From: Mobula hypostoma | Taxonomy: Eukaryota | Direction of reading: 5' to 3' | Assembly: GCF_963921235.1 (NCBI RefSeq) | Contig: NC_086097.1 | Coordinates: 123,506,001 to 123,570,000, forward strand | DNA length: 64,000 nucleotides | Shown: positions 50,654 through 62,185 of the stretch, one piece after another | How positions within the stretch are numbered: the first letter of the stretch is position 1 | Layout of the letters: every line of letters begins with the position of its first letter | Made by a program: the position numbers and the translations under genes | The notes under the pieces: model-generated | Database searches by the model: none | What the model was told of the DNA's origin: nothing | The model's input: the letters and a program-made list of their open reading frames with translations, nothing else

Positions 50654-50741
50654 TGAAGGGTCTCGGCCTGAAACGTCAACTGCACCGCTTCCTAGAGATG
50701 CTGCTTGGCCTGCTGCGTTCACCAGCAACTTTTATGTGTGT
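50654..50741 (+). mobile_element. 88-bp Penelope pLTR insertion starting at the hammerhead core, 12-bp TSD
   Basis: TSD gacctgtgctga at 50642-50653 and 50742-50753. The target ctga completes CTGATGA. Confidence 0.85.
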
Positions 50742-53700
50742 GACCTGTGCTGACCTACTGGTTGGACTGTTCACTGATATCTTTAACCTATCATTTCAGC
50801 AGTCTGGAGGGACCCACCTGCTTCAGGCAGGCTTCAATTGTACCAGTGTCCAAGGGCAATGTGGTAATCTGCCTCAATAACTACCACCCAGTAGCACTTA
50901 TAGCCAATATGATGAAGTGCTTTGAGAGGCCAGTGATGAAGCTTATCTACTCCTGCATGAAGAGCGCCTTGGATCCTGTCACAGTCAGGTCAGTAGCAGA
51001 TGCCATTTAACTGGCTCTTCATTCAACCCTGGAATATTGAAACAGTGAAGATACGTACATCAGGATGCTCTTCATTGACCACAATTCTGCATTCAATGCT
51101 ATCATCTCCTCAAAACCAGTTAATAGGTTTCAAGACCTAGGCCTCATACCTTTTTATGCAACTAGATCCTCGATTTCCACACTTGCAGACCCCGGCAGTT
51201 TGGATTGGTAACAACATCTCCTCCAAAATCACCATCAGCATAGATGCACCACAAGGCTGTCTCCTGAGCACCCTACTCTACTTGCTTTACACTCGTGACT
51301 GCGAGGCTAAGCACAGCTCCAATGCCATATTTGAGTTAGCTGCCGTTGGCCGATTCAAAGGTGGTGATGAGTCAGCATATAGAATGGAAACTGAAAATCT
51401 GGCTGAGTGGTGCCGTAACATCAACCTCTCACTCAATGTTAGCAAGACCAAGGAGCAGATTATTGACTTCAGCAGGAGGAAACCTGGGGTCCATGAGCCA
51501 GTCCTCATAAGGTGACCAGAGGTGGAGAGGGTCAGCAACTTTAAATTTTTGGCTTTCAGAGGATCTGTCCCTGATCCAGCATATAACTGCCATTACAAAG
51601 AAACCACGGCAGTGGCTCTACCTTGAGGGGATTTAGGAGTTTGTGAAGATTCAGCGTCTAAAACTTTGACAATCTTCTATAGATGTGTGTGGAAAACATA
51701 TTGACTGGTTGCATCACAGCCTGGTATAGAAACACCAATGTCCTTGAATGGAGAATCCTACAAAAAGTAGTGGATACAGCGCAGCCCATCACAGGTAAAG
51801 TCTTCTCCACCACTGAGTACATCTAGAAGGAGTGCCGTTGCAGAAAAGCAACATCCATCATCAAGGACCCCCGCCATCTGGGCCATAGAAGAAGAAGAAA
51901 GGGATTCCAGTGACCCCTTTCTTCTTCATTCAGAATGGCAGTTTAAATCAACAGCTTCTCCGGAAAAACACACATCTTGCCCCGTTAATCCATCAAATAC
52001 AAGATCTTTCGAAAATATCTGAATTGAAAAGGGGGGCAAGAATGGGGGAAAAGGAATGGAGATAAAAAAAGTATCACTTTTGGAGCCTATGGAAGAGAGA
52101 GGTATAGCACGCGGCTCTCCTGCATGTGCGCGTGGAGGCGAGGCTGACGCGGGGCCTCGTGCAGGCGAAGCAGCAAATATGACAAGGATTCTGGAGGAGA
52201 TAGGGGAAGTCCTGCTAAACTGAGGGTATTTTACCAAGAAGGGATACGACTATACCAGACGGTGGAAGAGGCGACTACAGACATGAACAACAGAGGACTG
52301 TCCATTAGCGTGGTCAAACTAAAGGAAAGTCTGGTTGAGCAGTTAGGGGATGGGAGCAGGATGAGAGAACGATATTAGGAAGAGACTGTCAGTTCTCAAA
52401 GAGCAGCCCTCACCTCCTCCAGAAGAGCCTTAAGGTTTGGCTAACTTTAAAAGTACTGATAAACTTAATGGAAGCAAAAATAGACGGTGATATACCTATC
52501 TCGAGAAATACGTGTTATAATGTGGATTTTATATTACTCAATATTTTTAAATTCATTTATTCGTTCCTTTCTCCCCACCTAAATGAGAATATATACATGG
52601 AAGGAATACACAGGGAAATCATTTCTGTGTAATGGACACAGTATTTTTTACTTACTTTTGTAGGTACTGCAGCGGGGGCCCTCAACCCACAGGTAGGAGG
52701 GGCTATCCCCCATGGCTAGACTTTTCTTCTAGCCCAACCCAGGGTCATCTAGAGACCCCAGCCTTGGAATCACACCTTCGTTACCTTTTTTTTATTATTG
52801 GTGTTTCTTGGCTCTTATTCGTTCAGGGAGTAGATCGATTAAGTTATATTCTGCAAATTTCAATGATATACTGGTAGATAAATACACATGGCTAAGGACA
52901 AAGTAAAATTCATTTCTTTTAATATCAATGAGCTGTTGAATCCAGTCAAGCGCAGTAAAATTCTATCAAAAATGAAAGAAAGAACAAGTCCATGTAGTAT
53001 ATTTACAGGAAACTCACTTAAGTGATAATGAGCATGGAAAATTAAAGAGAATGGGCTTCATTAATTTGTTTTTCCTCCTCATATAAATCAGGACATAGAA
53101 GAGGAGTTACTATTCTCATCTCAAGTAAGCTAAATTTTGAAAAAGTATTCGAAATGGGAGATAAGGAAGGCAGATATATTCTGGTAAGGGAGAATATAGA
53201 TGGAAATCCAGTTACTTTATTGAATATACACACACCCCCAGGAAGTGATATTAGTTTCTTCCAGAAAATTACTAATATTATGGTAACAGAAACAGAAGGT
53301 CTCTTGATATGTGGGGGAGACTTAAATTTACAATTACAACCAAAATTAGGCTCTTCCAATAAAAAAAACTTACGAAACAAAGTCCTTACATAAGAAAGTT
53401 AACACTGTTTTTGAGGATGTTGGTCTAATTGATATATGGAGGGACCTTTTCCCCGACAGAACGGATTACACTCATTATTCTGCCCCCCATTCCGTATATA
53501 CAAGAATAGACTATTTCATAACATTTGGAAAAGATAGAGACAAAATAATTACCTGTGGAATAGGGACAATAGATGTAAGGTACCATGCACCTATATATTT
53601 ATCTGTTGATTTTGGCCTACAACCAAAGAATACTGTTTGGAAACTAAATTCAAGTCTACTCAATGATCCCTATTTTAAGGAACAAATTAAAAAAGAAATT

Positions 53701-55217
53701 GGTCTTTACTTAGAGTTCAATGATAATGGAGAGGTTTCACCTCCCATTCTATGGGATATTCTGAAGGCTGTCTTAAGAGAGAAAACTATAGCAATATCTT
53801 CATATAAGAAAAAATAAGGAATAGAACATCAGAGGAATTACAAAATAAACTGAAGGAACTAGAAAAAAACACAAATTGAGTTTGGCACAGGATAACTAGA
53901 GGAAATTCTAAAAAATTAGGAATGAAATTAATAGTTTGGCTACACAAGAAATTAGAAAAAATGTAATGTTTCTGAAACAGAGACACTATGAGAGTGGATC
54001 TAAATCTATGAAAATACTGGCGTGGAAACTGAAAAAAAAAGATAGCAGAAAATACAATTCATAGAATAAGGGATCTAAGAACAAAAGTGATAAAAATAAA
54101 TAAGCTAAGTGAAATTCAAGAAGCTTTTGAAATGTTTTACAAAACTCTATATTCCAAAATTCCAGGGGGAAGCATAACCCAAATTGACATCTTCCTGAAT
54201 TCTTTAGAGTTACTCACTTTAAGCAAAGGACAAAATAGAACAATGACTGCTGACATAACTGAAGCTGAACTAAGACTGCAATTAGTAGGCTTAAATTAAG
54301 CAAGTCACCAGGATCAGATGGATATACGGCAGAGTGGTATAAAGAGTTTTGAAGTGAGTTAATTCCTGTTTTACTCCCCACACTGAACTGGACCCTAAGA
54401 AAGGCGCAAATGCCACCCAGCTGGAAGGAGGCGATAATCTCAGCTATACCGAAAGAAGGAAGGATAAAATGGAATGTGGGTCATTTAGATCAATATCTGT
54501 TGTTAATGTAGATTATAGAATATTAACCTCCATCAGGGCCAAACGATCAGAAGAGTTTCTACCCGCACTGATACATAATGATCAGACAGGTTTTATACAA
54601 CAACGCCGAACACAAGACAATATACGAAGGACACTTCACGTTATGGATCATATTTTAAAAAATGAAATTGAAGCAATAGTGATAAGCGTGAATGCTCAAA
54701 AGGCATTTGATTCGGTTAATTGGAATTTTCTCTATAGAGTTTTACATAGATTTGGTCTACATGACACAATTATTAAAACTATACGGGCACTATACGACAA
54801 TCCTACTGCCAGGATTAAAATCAATGGATATTTATCTAATAGTTTTACCCTAGAAAGGGGCACCAGACAGAGCTGTGCATGGTCACCGCTACTCTTCACA
54901 TTATATCTGGAACCATTAGCTCAATACATCAGACAAAATGAAGATATTCGAATTACTATTAAAGAGACAGAGCATATATTGGCATGTTATGCGGATGACA
55001 TTTTGATCTATCTCGGGCAACCAACATACTCTTTACCTAAATTGATGCAATCCTTTGAACAATATGGCCAATTATCAGGATACAACACAAATAAAACCAA
55101 ACTACTTTCATATAACTATAGCCCAACAAGAGAAATTGTAAGTAGATATCCTTGGGCATGGCAAACAGAGTCCACCAAATATTTGGGTATCATTATGCAA
55201 AAAGATTTGGCAAAATT

Positions 55218-56138
55218 AGATTCAAAGATTCAAAGATTCAAAAAACTTTATTGTCATTCTAACCATACATCAGCTCTGCAGGGCAGAATGAGACAGTGTT
55301 TCTCAGGAGCAGTGCAATCATAACGTAACAAACGCAACACTAAATAATAAACATAACAATAAATAGTAAAACACAATAGCCACATGTCAGTTAAAATCAA
55401 GTTATAAGTGTCCAGTGCAAGTTAAAAGTGTCCAAAGCAGAGTCAGGTAGAGCAGCTATTTAGCAGTCTGACTGCCTGTGGGAGGAAGCTGTTTGGTAGC
55501 CTTGTGGTTTTAGTTTTGATGCTCCTGTAACGTTTGCCTGATGGCAGAAGAACAAGCAGTTCATGGAGAAGGTGTGAGTGGTCTTTAATGATGTACCGTG
55601 TCTTCTGGAGGCATCGATTCTGAAAGAGGTCTTGGACAGAAGGTAGGGAGACCCCAATAACCTTCTCTACTCCCCTAACCACCCTCTGCAAGGCTTTTTT
55701 GTCGACAGCACTGCAGCTGGAATACCAGGTTGTGATGCAAAAGGTCAGCACACTCTCAACCACGCCTCTGTAGAATGTAGTTAAGATGTTAGTGGGGAGT
55801 GATGCTTGTTTAAGCTTCCTCAGAAAGTACAATCTCTGCTGGGCCCGTTTCACAAACCCAGTGGTGTTCCTGGACCAGGTGAGATTGTCCGAGATCTGCA
55901 CCCCAAGGAACTTGATATTTTCACTCTCTCCACTGTGGAGCCGCTGATGCTGAGGGGTGTGTGCTCAGGTTGAGACCGTCTGAAATCGACGATTATCTCC
56001 TTGGTTTTGTTGACATTAAGCATCAAGTTGTTATCCCTGCACCAGCTCTCTAGGTGTTTGACCTCCTCCCTGTACATTGTTTCATCATTTTTGCTGATGA
56101 GCCCCACCACTGTGGTATCATCTGCAAATTTAATGATC
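55218..56138 (-). mobile_element. Rex1/Babar LINE 3' fragment inserted in the L1 RT region
   Basis: (gattcaaa)n tail; ORFs 55850-56110 and 55443-55901 with typical Rex1 motifs (LNVNKTKEIIVDFRR; AQQRLYFLRKL; LLPSGKRYRS). Confidence 0.92.
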
Positions 56139-57563
56139 AGCCTATATTTATATATATCAGCTTAATTAATTATCAGCCTATATATATAAAAAATTAAGGA
56201 AGATATAACAAGATGGAACCTAATTCTTTTTCTTGGTCTCAGTTCAAAGATTGAATCTATTAAGATGAATATACTGCCCAGACTACTAAATTTCTTTCAG
56301 ACCCTACCAATAGGGATTAACCAAAATCAGTGGAACAAGATGCTATCAAGATATATATGGCAAGGTAAAAGGCCTAGGGTTCATCTCAAAACTTTGCAAT
56401 TAGCCAAGGAAAGGGGGGATGGGGCCTACCTTCTCTTAGAGATTATTGTTTTTCAGCTCAGTTGAGAGCCGTGATATGCTGGTGCAACCCATCATATGAT
56501 GCTCAATGGAAAAACATTGAGGAGAGGATACTTTCCATCCCCATACAGGCAATTTTGGCTGATAACAACCTACAAAGTTACATAAATAATATTGAAAACC
56601 TGTGGGTGAAATGAACTCTTAAAATATGGAAAACTATTATAAAAGAATATAAACTAGAGAGAGACATTGCAATTCTTAAATGGTGTGCATATGACTCGGA
56701 TTTTACGCCGAATAAACTGGATGCTAGATTTAAGGACTGGACAGCTAAAGAAATAACAGCTATTTGCAATATAATGAAAGAAGGAACACTGTTCAGTTTT
56801 GAAATGCTCAAAGAGAAACACTTATTAGAAAAACAAGACTTTTACCAGTATTTACAGATGCAACAGTATGTTAATAGGATGGTTAAAAATGTAACCAAGG
56901 CAAGTACATGTCTGATAGAGCTATTTAGAAAAGCATATAATTCAGACAATGGTAGTAGAATAATTTCAAGCATTAAAACACATTTGACTTCATACATTAA
57001 AACAAAATGGGAGAAGGAAGGAGGGATAATAATATCTGAGGAAGACTGGACAATAATATGGAGGTATCAATGGAAGTGTACCAGTTCAGAGAAATGGAGG
57101 GAGATCGGGTGGAAAAACTTGGTAAGATATTTTATTATACCCTTTCAGAAATCCCATGATAATAGTAACCCCCCTGATTGCTGCAGAAATTGTGGAAATC
57201 AAAATGCAAACCATTATCATATTTTCTGGGAATGCCCCGTTATCAACGACTATTGAAGTGGGATACATAATGCCCCACAAGACATCTTTAAATGTGAAAT
57301 ACCCTTAGCGAGTAAGACCATATATTTTTGGGTATATACCTCAAGAATGGTTGAAAAGAGATAAATATTTAATGAATGTACTGCTGGTGGCTGCTAAAAA
57401 GACCCTTACCAGGAAATGGTTATCTCAGGAGAGCTCAACTTTAAACGTATGGATGGAAATTACAATGGACATTTACAAAATGGAGAAGATAACAGCATCC
57501 GTTAATCATAAGTTGGAACAATTTTATTCATACTGGAAAAAATGGTTTAACTACATAACACCT

Positions 57564-58163
57564 CCAGTACAAGGCCTTGGTGAGACCACACCTGGAGTAT
57601 TGTGTGCGGTTTTAGTCCCCTAATCTGAGGAAAGACATCCTTGCCATAGAGGGAGTACAAAGAAGGTTCACCAGATTGATTCCTAGGATGGCAGGACTTT
57701 CATATGAAGAAAGACTGGATGAACTGGGCTTGTACTCATTGGAATTTAGAAGATTGAGGGGGGATCTGATTGAAATGTATAAAATCCTAAAGGGATTGGA
57801 CAGGCTAGATGCAGGAAGATTGTTCCCGATGTTGGGGAAGTCCAGAATGAGGGGTCACAGTTTGAGGATAAAAGGGAAGCCTTTTAGGACCGAGATTAGG
57901 AAAAACTTCTTCACACAGAGAGTGGTGAATCTGTGGAATTCTCTGTCACAGGAAACAGTTGAGGCCAGTTCATTGGCTATATTTAAGAGGGAGTTAGATA
58001 TGGCCCTTGTGGCTACGGGGATCAGGGGGTATGGTGGGAAGGCTGGGGCGGGGTTCTGAGTTGGATGATCAGCCATGATCATACTGAATGGCGGTGCAGG
58101 CTCGAAGGGCTGAATGGCCTACTCCTGCACCTATTTTCTATGTTTCTATGTTTCTATGTTTCT
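57564..58163 (+). mobile_element. Young CR1 3' fragment inserted in the L1 3' end
   Basis: ORF 57676-58059 LSYEERL..LYSLE.RRLRGDLIE.YKI..FFTQRVVNLWNSL; (tttctatg)n tail. Confidence 0.92.
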
Positions 58164-58424
58164 CATAGGCCTGATTTTATTCTTACAAGTCAATGAATAT
58201 GCTGTAAAAAAAATCACTCCCTACTCTGTACATAGTTTTCTTCTTTCGATTGTTCTTTCTTTCCTATCCTTTCTATAAATGTGTACCTCAGATAAATATT
58301 ATGTGGAGATTTGTGACAAATGTGATTATATGATATATATGTACAGTATCTGAAATACATCTTATGGAAATGCTTGTCTGATGATGAAATTCAATAAAAA
58401 ATAAATTACAAAAAAAAAAGAAAG

Positions 58425-58609
58425 CCCTTAACTCGGAGTGGAGTCATGATGGTGTTTTTTTAGCAGACTTTCTTATTTTTACGAGGCTGAGTTGCTAGCT
58501 CGATGCTCAACCCAGCACAGATGGAAAGCATGCAAGGGAGCTGGCTGGATTCGAACTTGGGAGCCTTCGCTCCGAAGTCCGGCACTGATGCCACTACACC
58601 ACCAGCCGG
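58425..58609 (-). mobile_element. tRNA-derived SINE with (TTC)n tail (tail displaced to 51887-51901 by the L1)
   Basis: Minus strand has A box tggtgtagtgg, B box agttcgaatcc and a cloverleaf-like head. The gaa repeats lie on the other side of the L1. Confidence 0.75.
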
Positions 58610-58655
58610 ACATCTTCTGGACCATCTGGACCTTCTTATTGCTGCCATCAGGAAG

Positions 58656-59010
58656 GATCATTGAAACCTACCAAATGTTGAAAGGATTAGATAGGGTGGA
58701 TGTGGAGATGATGTTTTATCCTGAACCAGAGGGCATAGTCTCAATATTGAGGGACAACCTTTTAGAACAGAAGTAAGGAGGATTTTTTTTTAGCCAGAGA
58801 GTAATGAAGCTGTGGAATGCTCTGCCATAGACTGTAATGGATATATTTAAGGTGGAAGTTGATAGTTTCCTGATCAGTCAGGGCATCAAAGGATATGACG
58901 AGAAGACAGATATATGGGATTGAGTGGGATCCGGGATCAGCCATGATGGAATGGCGGAGCAGACGTGATGGGCTGAATGGCCTAATTCTGCTCCTATGTC
59001 TTATGGGGGT
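58656..59010 (+). mobile_element. CR1 3' fragment
   Basis: IETYQMLKGLDRVD; terminus gcctaattctgctcctatgtcttatg. Confidence 0.8.
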
Positions 59011-59536
59011 CTAAGGAGTACGGGAACCTCACAATCCTCACTACCAGGTTCAGGAACAGTTACGACCCCTCAGCCATCAGGTACTTGAACCAGAGGGGGT
59101 AACTTCACTTAATGTCACTCACCCTTACACAGAATGGTTCCCACAAACTACTGACTCACTTTCAGGGACTCTTCATCTCGTGTACTCAATATTGCTTATT
59201 GTATTTTTTTTTCTTTTGTATTTGCATAGTTTGTTGTCTTTTTCACATAGGTGTTTGTCTGTCTTGATGTGTGCAGTTTTTCATCAATTCTATGGTGTGT
59301 CTATGTATTGCGTGTCTGTGACCGTCTGAAAGAAAAGTAATCTCAGGGTTGTATATGATGACACATATGTACTTTGATAATAAATTTACTTTGTACTTTG
59401 AACTTAGAGAGTGCAGAGAAAATTTACAAGGGTGTTGCCAGGACTTGAGAACCTGAGGAAAGGTTAGGAGATTATGACCTTATTCCTGAGAGCATAGGAA
59501 AATGAAGAGATTTGATAGAGATATACAAAACTATAA

Positions 59537-59825
59537 GCACCACAATGGTGTAGCAGTTAGCACGATGCTATTACAGCTCGGGGCATCAGAGTCTGGAGTT
59601 CAATTTTGATGTCATCTTTAAGTAAGTCTGCATGTCCTCCCCCCGGAATGTGTGAGTTTCCTCCGGGTGCTCCAGTTTCCTCCCACAGTCCAATGATGTA
59701 CCAGTTAGTAGGTTGATAGCTCATTGTAAATTGTCCGTGATTAGGCTAGAGTTAAATCAAGGATTGCTGGACATTGTGACTCAAAGTGATAGAAGGGCTT
59801 ATTCTGTGCTGTATCTCGATAACTT
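59537..59825 (+). mobile_element. V-domain tRNA SINE nested in CR1
   Basis: A box tggtgtagcagttagc, B box gagttcaatt, V-domain gtttcctccgggtgctccagtttcctcccacagtcc. Confidence 0.8.
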
Positions 59826-60799
59826 AATGAAGTATTGATAGGGTGAGTGCAAGCAGGCCTTTTCGTTGAGATTGGGTGAGACTGGAACTCGAGGTCATGG
59901 GCTCAGGGTGAAAGGTGGAATGCTTAAGGGGAACATGAAAGGGAAATTCTTCACTCAGAGGGTAGTGAGAGTGTGGATCAAGCGGCCAGCACAAGTGCGG
60001 AATGTGGGTTCGATTTCAAGGTTTAAGAGAAATTTGGAACGGTACGTAGATGGGAGGGATGTGAATGGCTGTGGTCTGGGTGCAGGTCGATGGGAATAGA
60101 CAGTTGACTACTTAGGCATTGACTGGAAGGCCCTTAGGGGCTGGCTCTGTGCTGTAGTGTTGTATGACTCTATAACCCAGTTGTTATCACAATTCCATGT
60201 AATCTTTAAAGTTCAGTGAACCAGACACACGGCAAATTCCTACCATACTGTGAACTGTTTGCTGAGTCTTTTTACTCAATGGTCTGTCACAGAACCCTCT
60301 GATTCCACATGACAGTAATTCTAACCGAGCCTAGCCAAGTAAAGCTATGTCACTTTATGTACAAAATGTCTGTTGCCAATTACAGTTCTATAACAATACT
60401 CTTTTGTACACGTGCATTATAGCTATAATAAATACAACTTGTAGTTTGGAGTATACATTAAGAGGTGTTAAATCAGTTCCACTTCTTTATGACAACATCC
60501 ATTTATGTATCACCCTCGATATATCAAAATGTCTGAATGTCCAGTACAAAAACAGTATCAAATTAAAACAAAAGTTAATCTATTTAAGTGTATATTAGGG
60601 CTGTGGGCCAATAGGATTAGGCAGGATAACAGTTCTGCGCAAATTAGATGGGCCAAAAGGCCTGTGCTATAGTGCTCTATGACAAAGACTCCAGGATCAA
60701 AAGGTTGGTCATTCAAAAGGTGTGGATTTTAAGGAGTGTCTTAAAGGTAAATTAGAGAAGAAGTAATGGAAAGGCTTAGGGAGGATACAACAGAGCCTA

Positions 60800-61390
60800 C
60801 AGAAAAGAAGTCATCTCTCTCACATAGCGGTGTCAAGAAAACAACCCTCTCTCTCAATGTTGCAAAAGCAAAAGAGCTGGTTGTGGATTACAGGAGGAAT
60901 GGAGACAGGCTAACCCCTATTGACATCAATGGATCTGGGGTTGAGAGGGTAAACAGCTTCAAGTTCCTCGGCATCCACATCACCGAGGACCTCACTTGGT
61001 CTATACACAGCAGCTGTGTGATGAAAAAGGCACAACAGCACCTCTTTCACCTCAATCTGTTGAAGAAGTTTGGTATGGGCCCCCAAATCCTAAGAACTTT
61101 CTACAGGGGCACAATTGAGAGCATCTTGACTGGCTGCATCACTGCCTGGTATGGGAGCTACCTCCCTTAATCGCAGGACTCTGCAGAGAGTGGTGCGGAC
61201 AGCACAGCGCATCTGTAGTTGTGAACTTCCCATGATTCAGGACATTTACAAGGATAGGAGTGTAAAAAGGGCCCGTAGGATCATTGGGAACCCAAGCCAT
61301 CCCAACCACAATCTATTCCAGCTGCTACCATCCGGGAAGCAGTACCGCAGCATAAAAGCCAGGACCAACAGGCTCCGGGACAGCTTCAGT
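60800..61390 (+). mobile_element. Rex1/Babar RT fragment
   Basis: ORFs 60766-61170 (LNVAKAKELVVDYR..FKFLGIHITEDLTW..ESILTGCITAWYG) and 61151-61417. Confidence 0.9.
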
Positions 61391-61919
61391 TTATTGCTGG
61401 AAAAGGCTATTGAATGATTGGCAAAGGACAGAGTTTGTGACCAGGATTAAAGCCAGTGGCTTCAGGGTTCTAATTATTCTAGACTTTAGTCCCTATCAAA
61501 AGTTCCATCATTTATCAATGACTCCACCCTATTTGTGCCAGCCCTCTGAAGGTGAACAAGAGTATTCACATGCTGTAGTCAGTGTCCATCCCCCATACAA
61601 CTGTCTGCCCCAGAGCCAGGTTATCTGTCGGTGAAATGTTCAGCCATGTCATTATTACCACTGGGTTTGATGTTTCAATGTACTTACTCCTGGCTAGGTA
61701 CGTTTTTTGCAGACTCTGTAAATCTGATGTCATTCTGATGCCTAAAATGAGGAGTATTTATTTACCACACGTACATCAAAATATACAGTGAAATGGGTTG
61801 TTTGTGTTAACAACCAGCACAACCCAGTGATGTGTTGAGGGCAAGTGCCACCAGACACTATAACAATCAAGTTGCAGGCACCAATCACCACACAGATTTC
61901 TGAGCTCCTGGCTAAGCAA

Positions 61920-62185
61920 CATCTTGCTTTAAAATTGCTTATCCTTTTTTGCCAATCTCTCCACAGACTGCTCCCTAATTTCATCCAGTCCTGCAATCCT
62001 CTGAGCTCCTGTAATCCTGGCCTCTTGTATATCCATCATTTTAATCACTCTACCAAAACCATGCCTTCAGATGCCAAGAAACTAAGCTCTACAATTCTCT
62101 TCTCTGACCTCTCTACCTACCTAATTCTGTTTGCCTTTAAGGCATTCCTTAAACACTATTCCATTCAGTGTTGTTTAATATTCTG
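61920..62185 (+). mobile_element. Old L2-like 3' end relic
   Basis: Decayed LKLLIL..SLH and gccttcag..aattctct..tttaaggcattccttaaa pattern typical of L2 3' ends. Confidence 0.4.

Larger units (their letters stand above)
51902..58417 (+). mobile_element. Near full-length degenerate L1-clade LINE (ORF1 partly deleted, ORF2 disrupted), 7-bp TSD
   Basis: ORF2 start at 52888 MAKDKVKFISFNIN..., APE motifs (YLQETH, GGDLN, RIDY), RT ORF 54469-55323 (DQTGFI..KAFDSVNW..RGTRQ..SPLLF..YADD), MNILPRL, and C-terminal CCRNCG..HIFWECP. Poly(A) to 58417. TSD aagaaag at 51895-51901 and 58418-58424. Confidence 0.9.
50130..59404 (+). mobile_element. Rex1/Babar LINE in pieces 50130-51886, 58610-58655 and 59012-59404
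   Basis: ORFs 50747-51010 (IVPV.K....CLNNYHPVAL...MKCFER) and 51156-51515 (APQGC.LS.LLY.LYT.DC..LNVSKTKE.IIDF). 3' UTR and ctttgtactttgaac tail at ~59390. Confidence 0.8.
46440..60175 (+). mobile_element. Long degenerate CR1 (ORF1 esterase + APE + RT) in pieces 46440-50130 and 59405-60175, hosting nested inserts
   Basis: SGNH esterase motifs IVIGDSLVRG, GARVKD, VMVHVSTNN. APE motifs VYFNARSI, DIVAISETWL, SDHNAI. RT motifs QHGF, DFSKAFDK, W...WQMEFNADKC. 3' piece TRGH..FFTQRVV plus CR1 terminus. Joining the two pieces into one element is an inference from collinearity. Confidence 0.8.

Noticed and set aside
54469..55323. Longest ORF (284 aa) as a functional RT gene
   Set aside because: It is a fragment of an L1 ORF2 with flanking frameshifts and stops, and its C-terminus reads into an antisense Rex1 insert.
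58540..58609. tRNA gene on the minus strand
   Set aside because: The cloverleaf is imperfect and continues into a SINE body and tail, so it is a SINE head.
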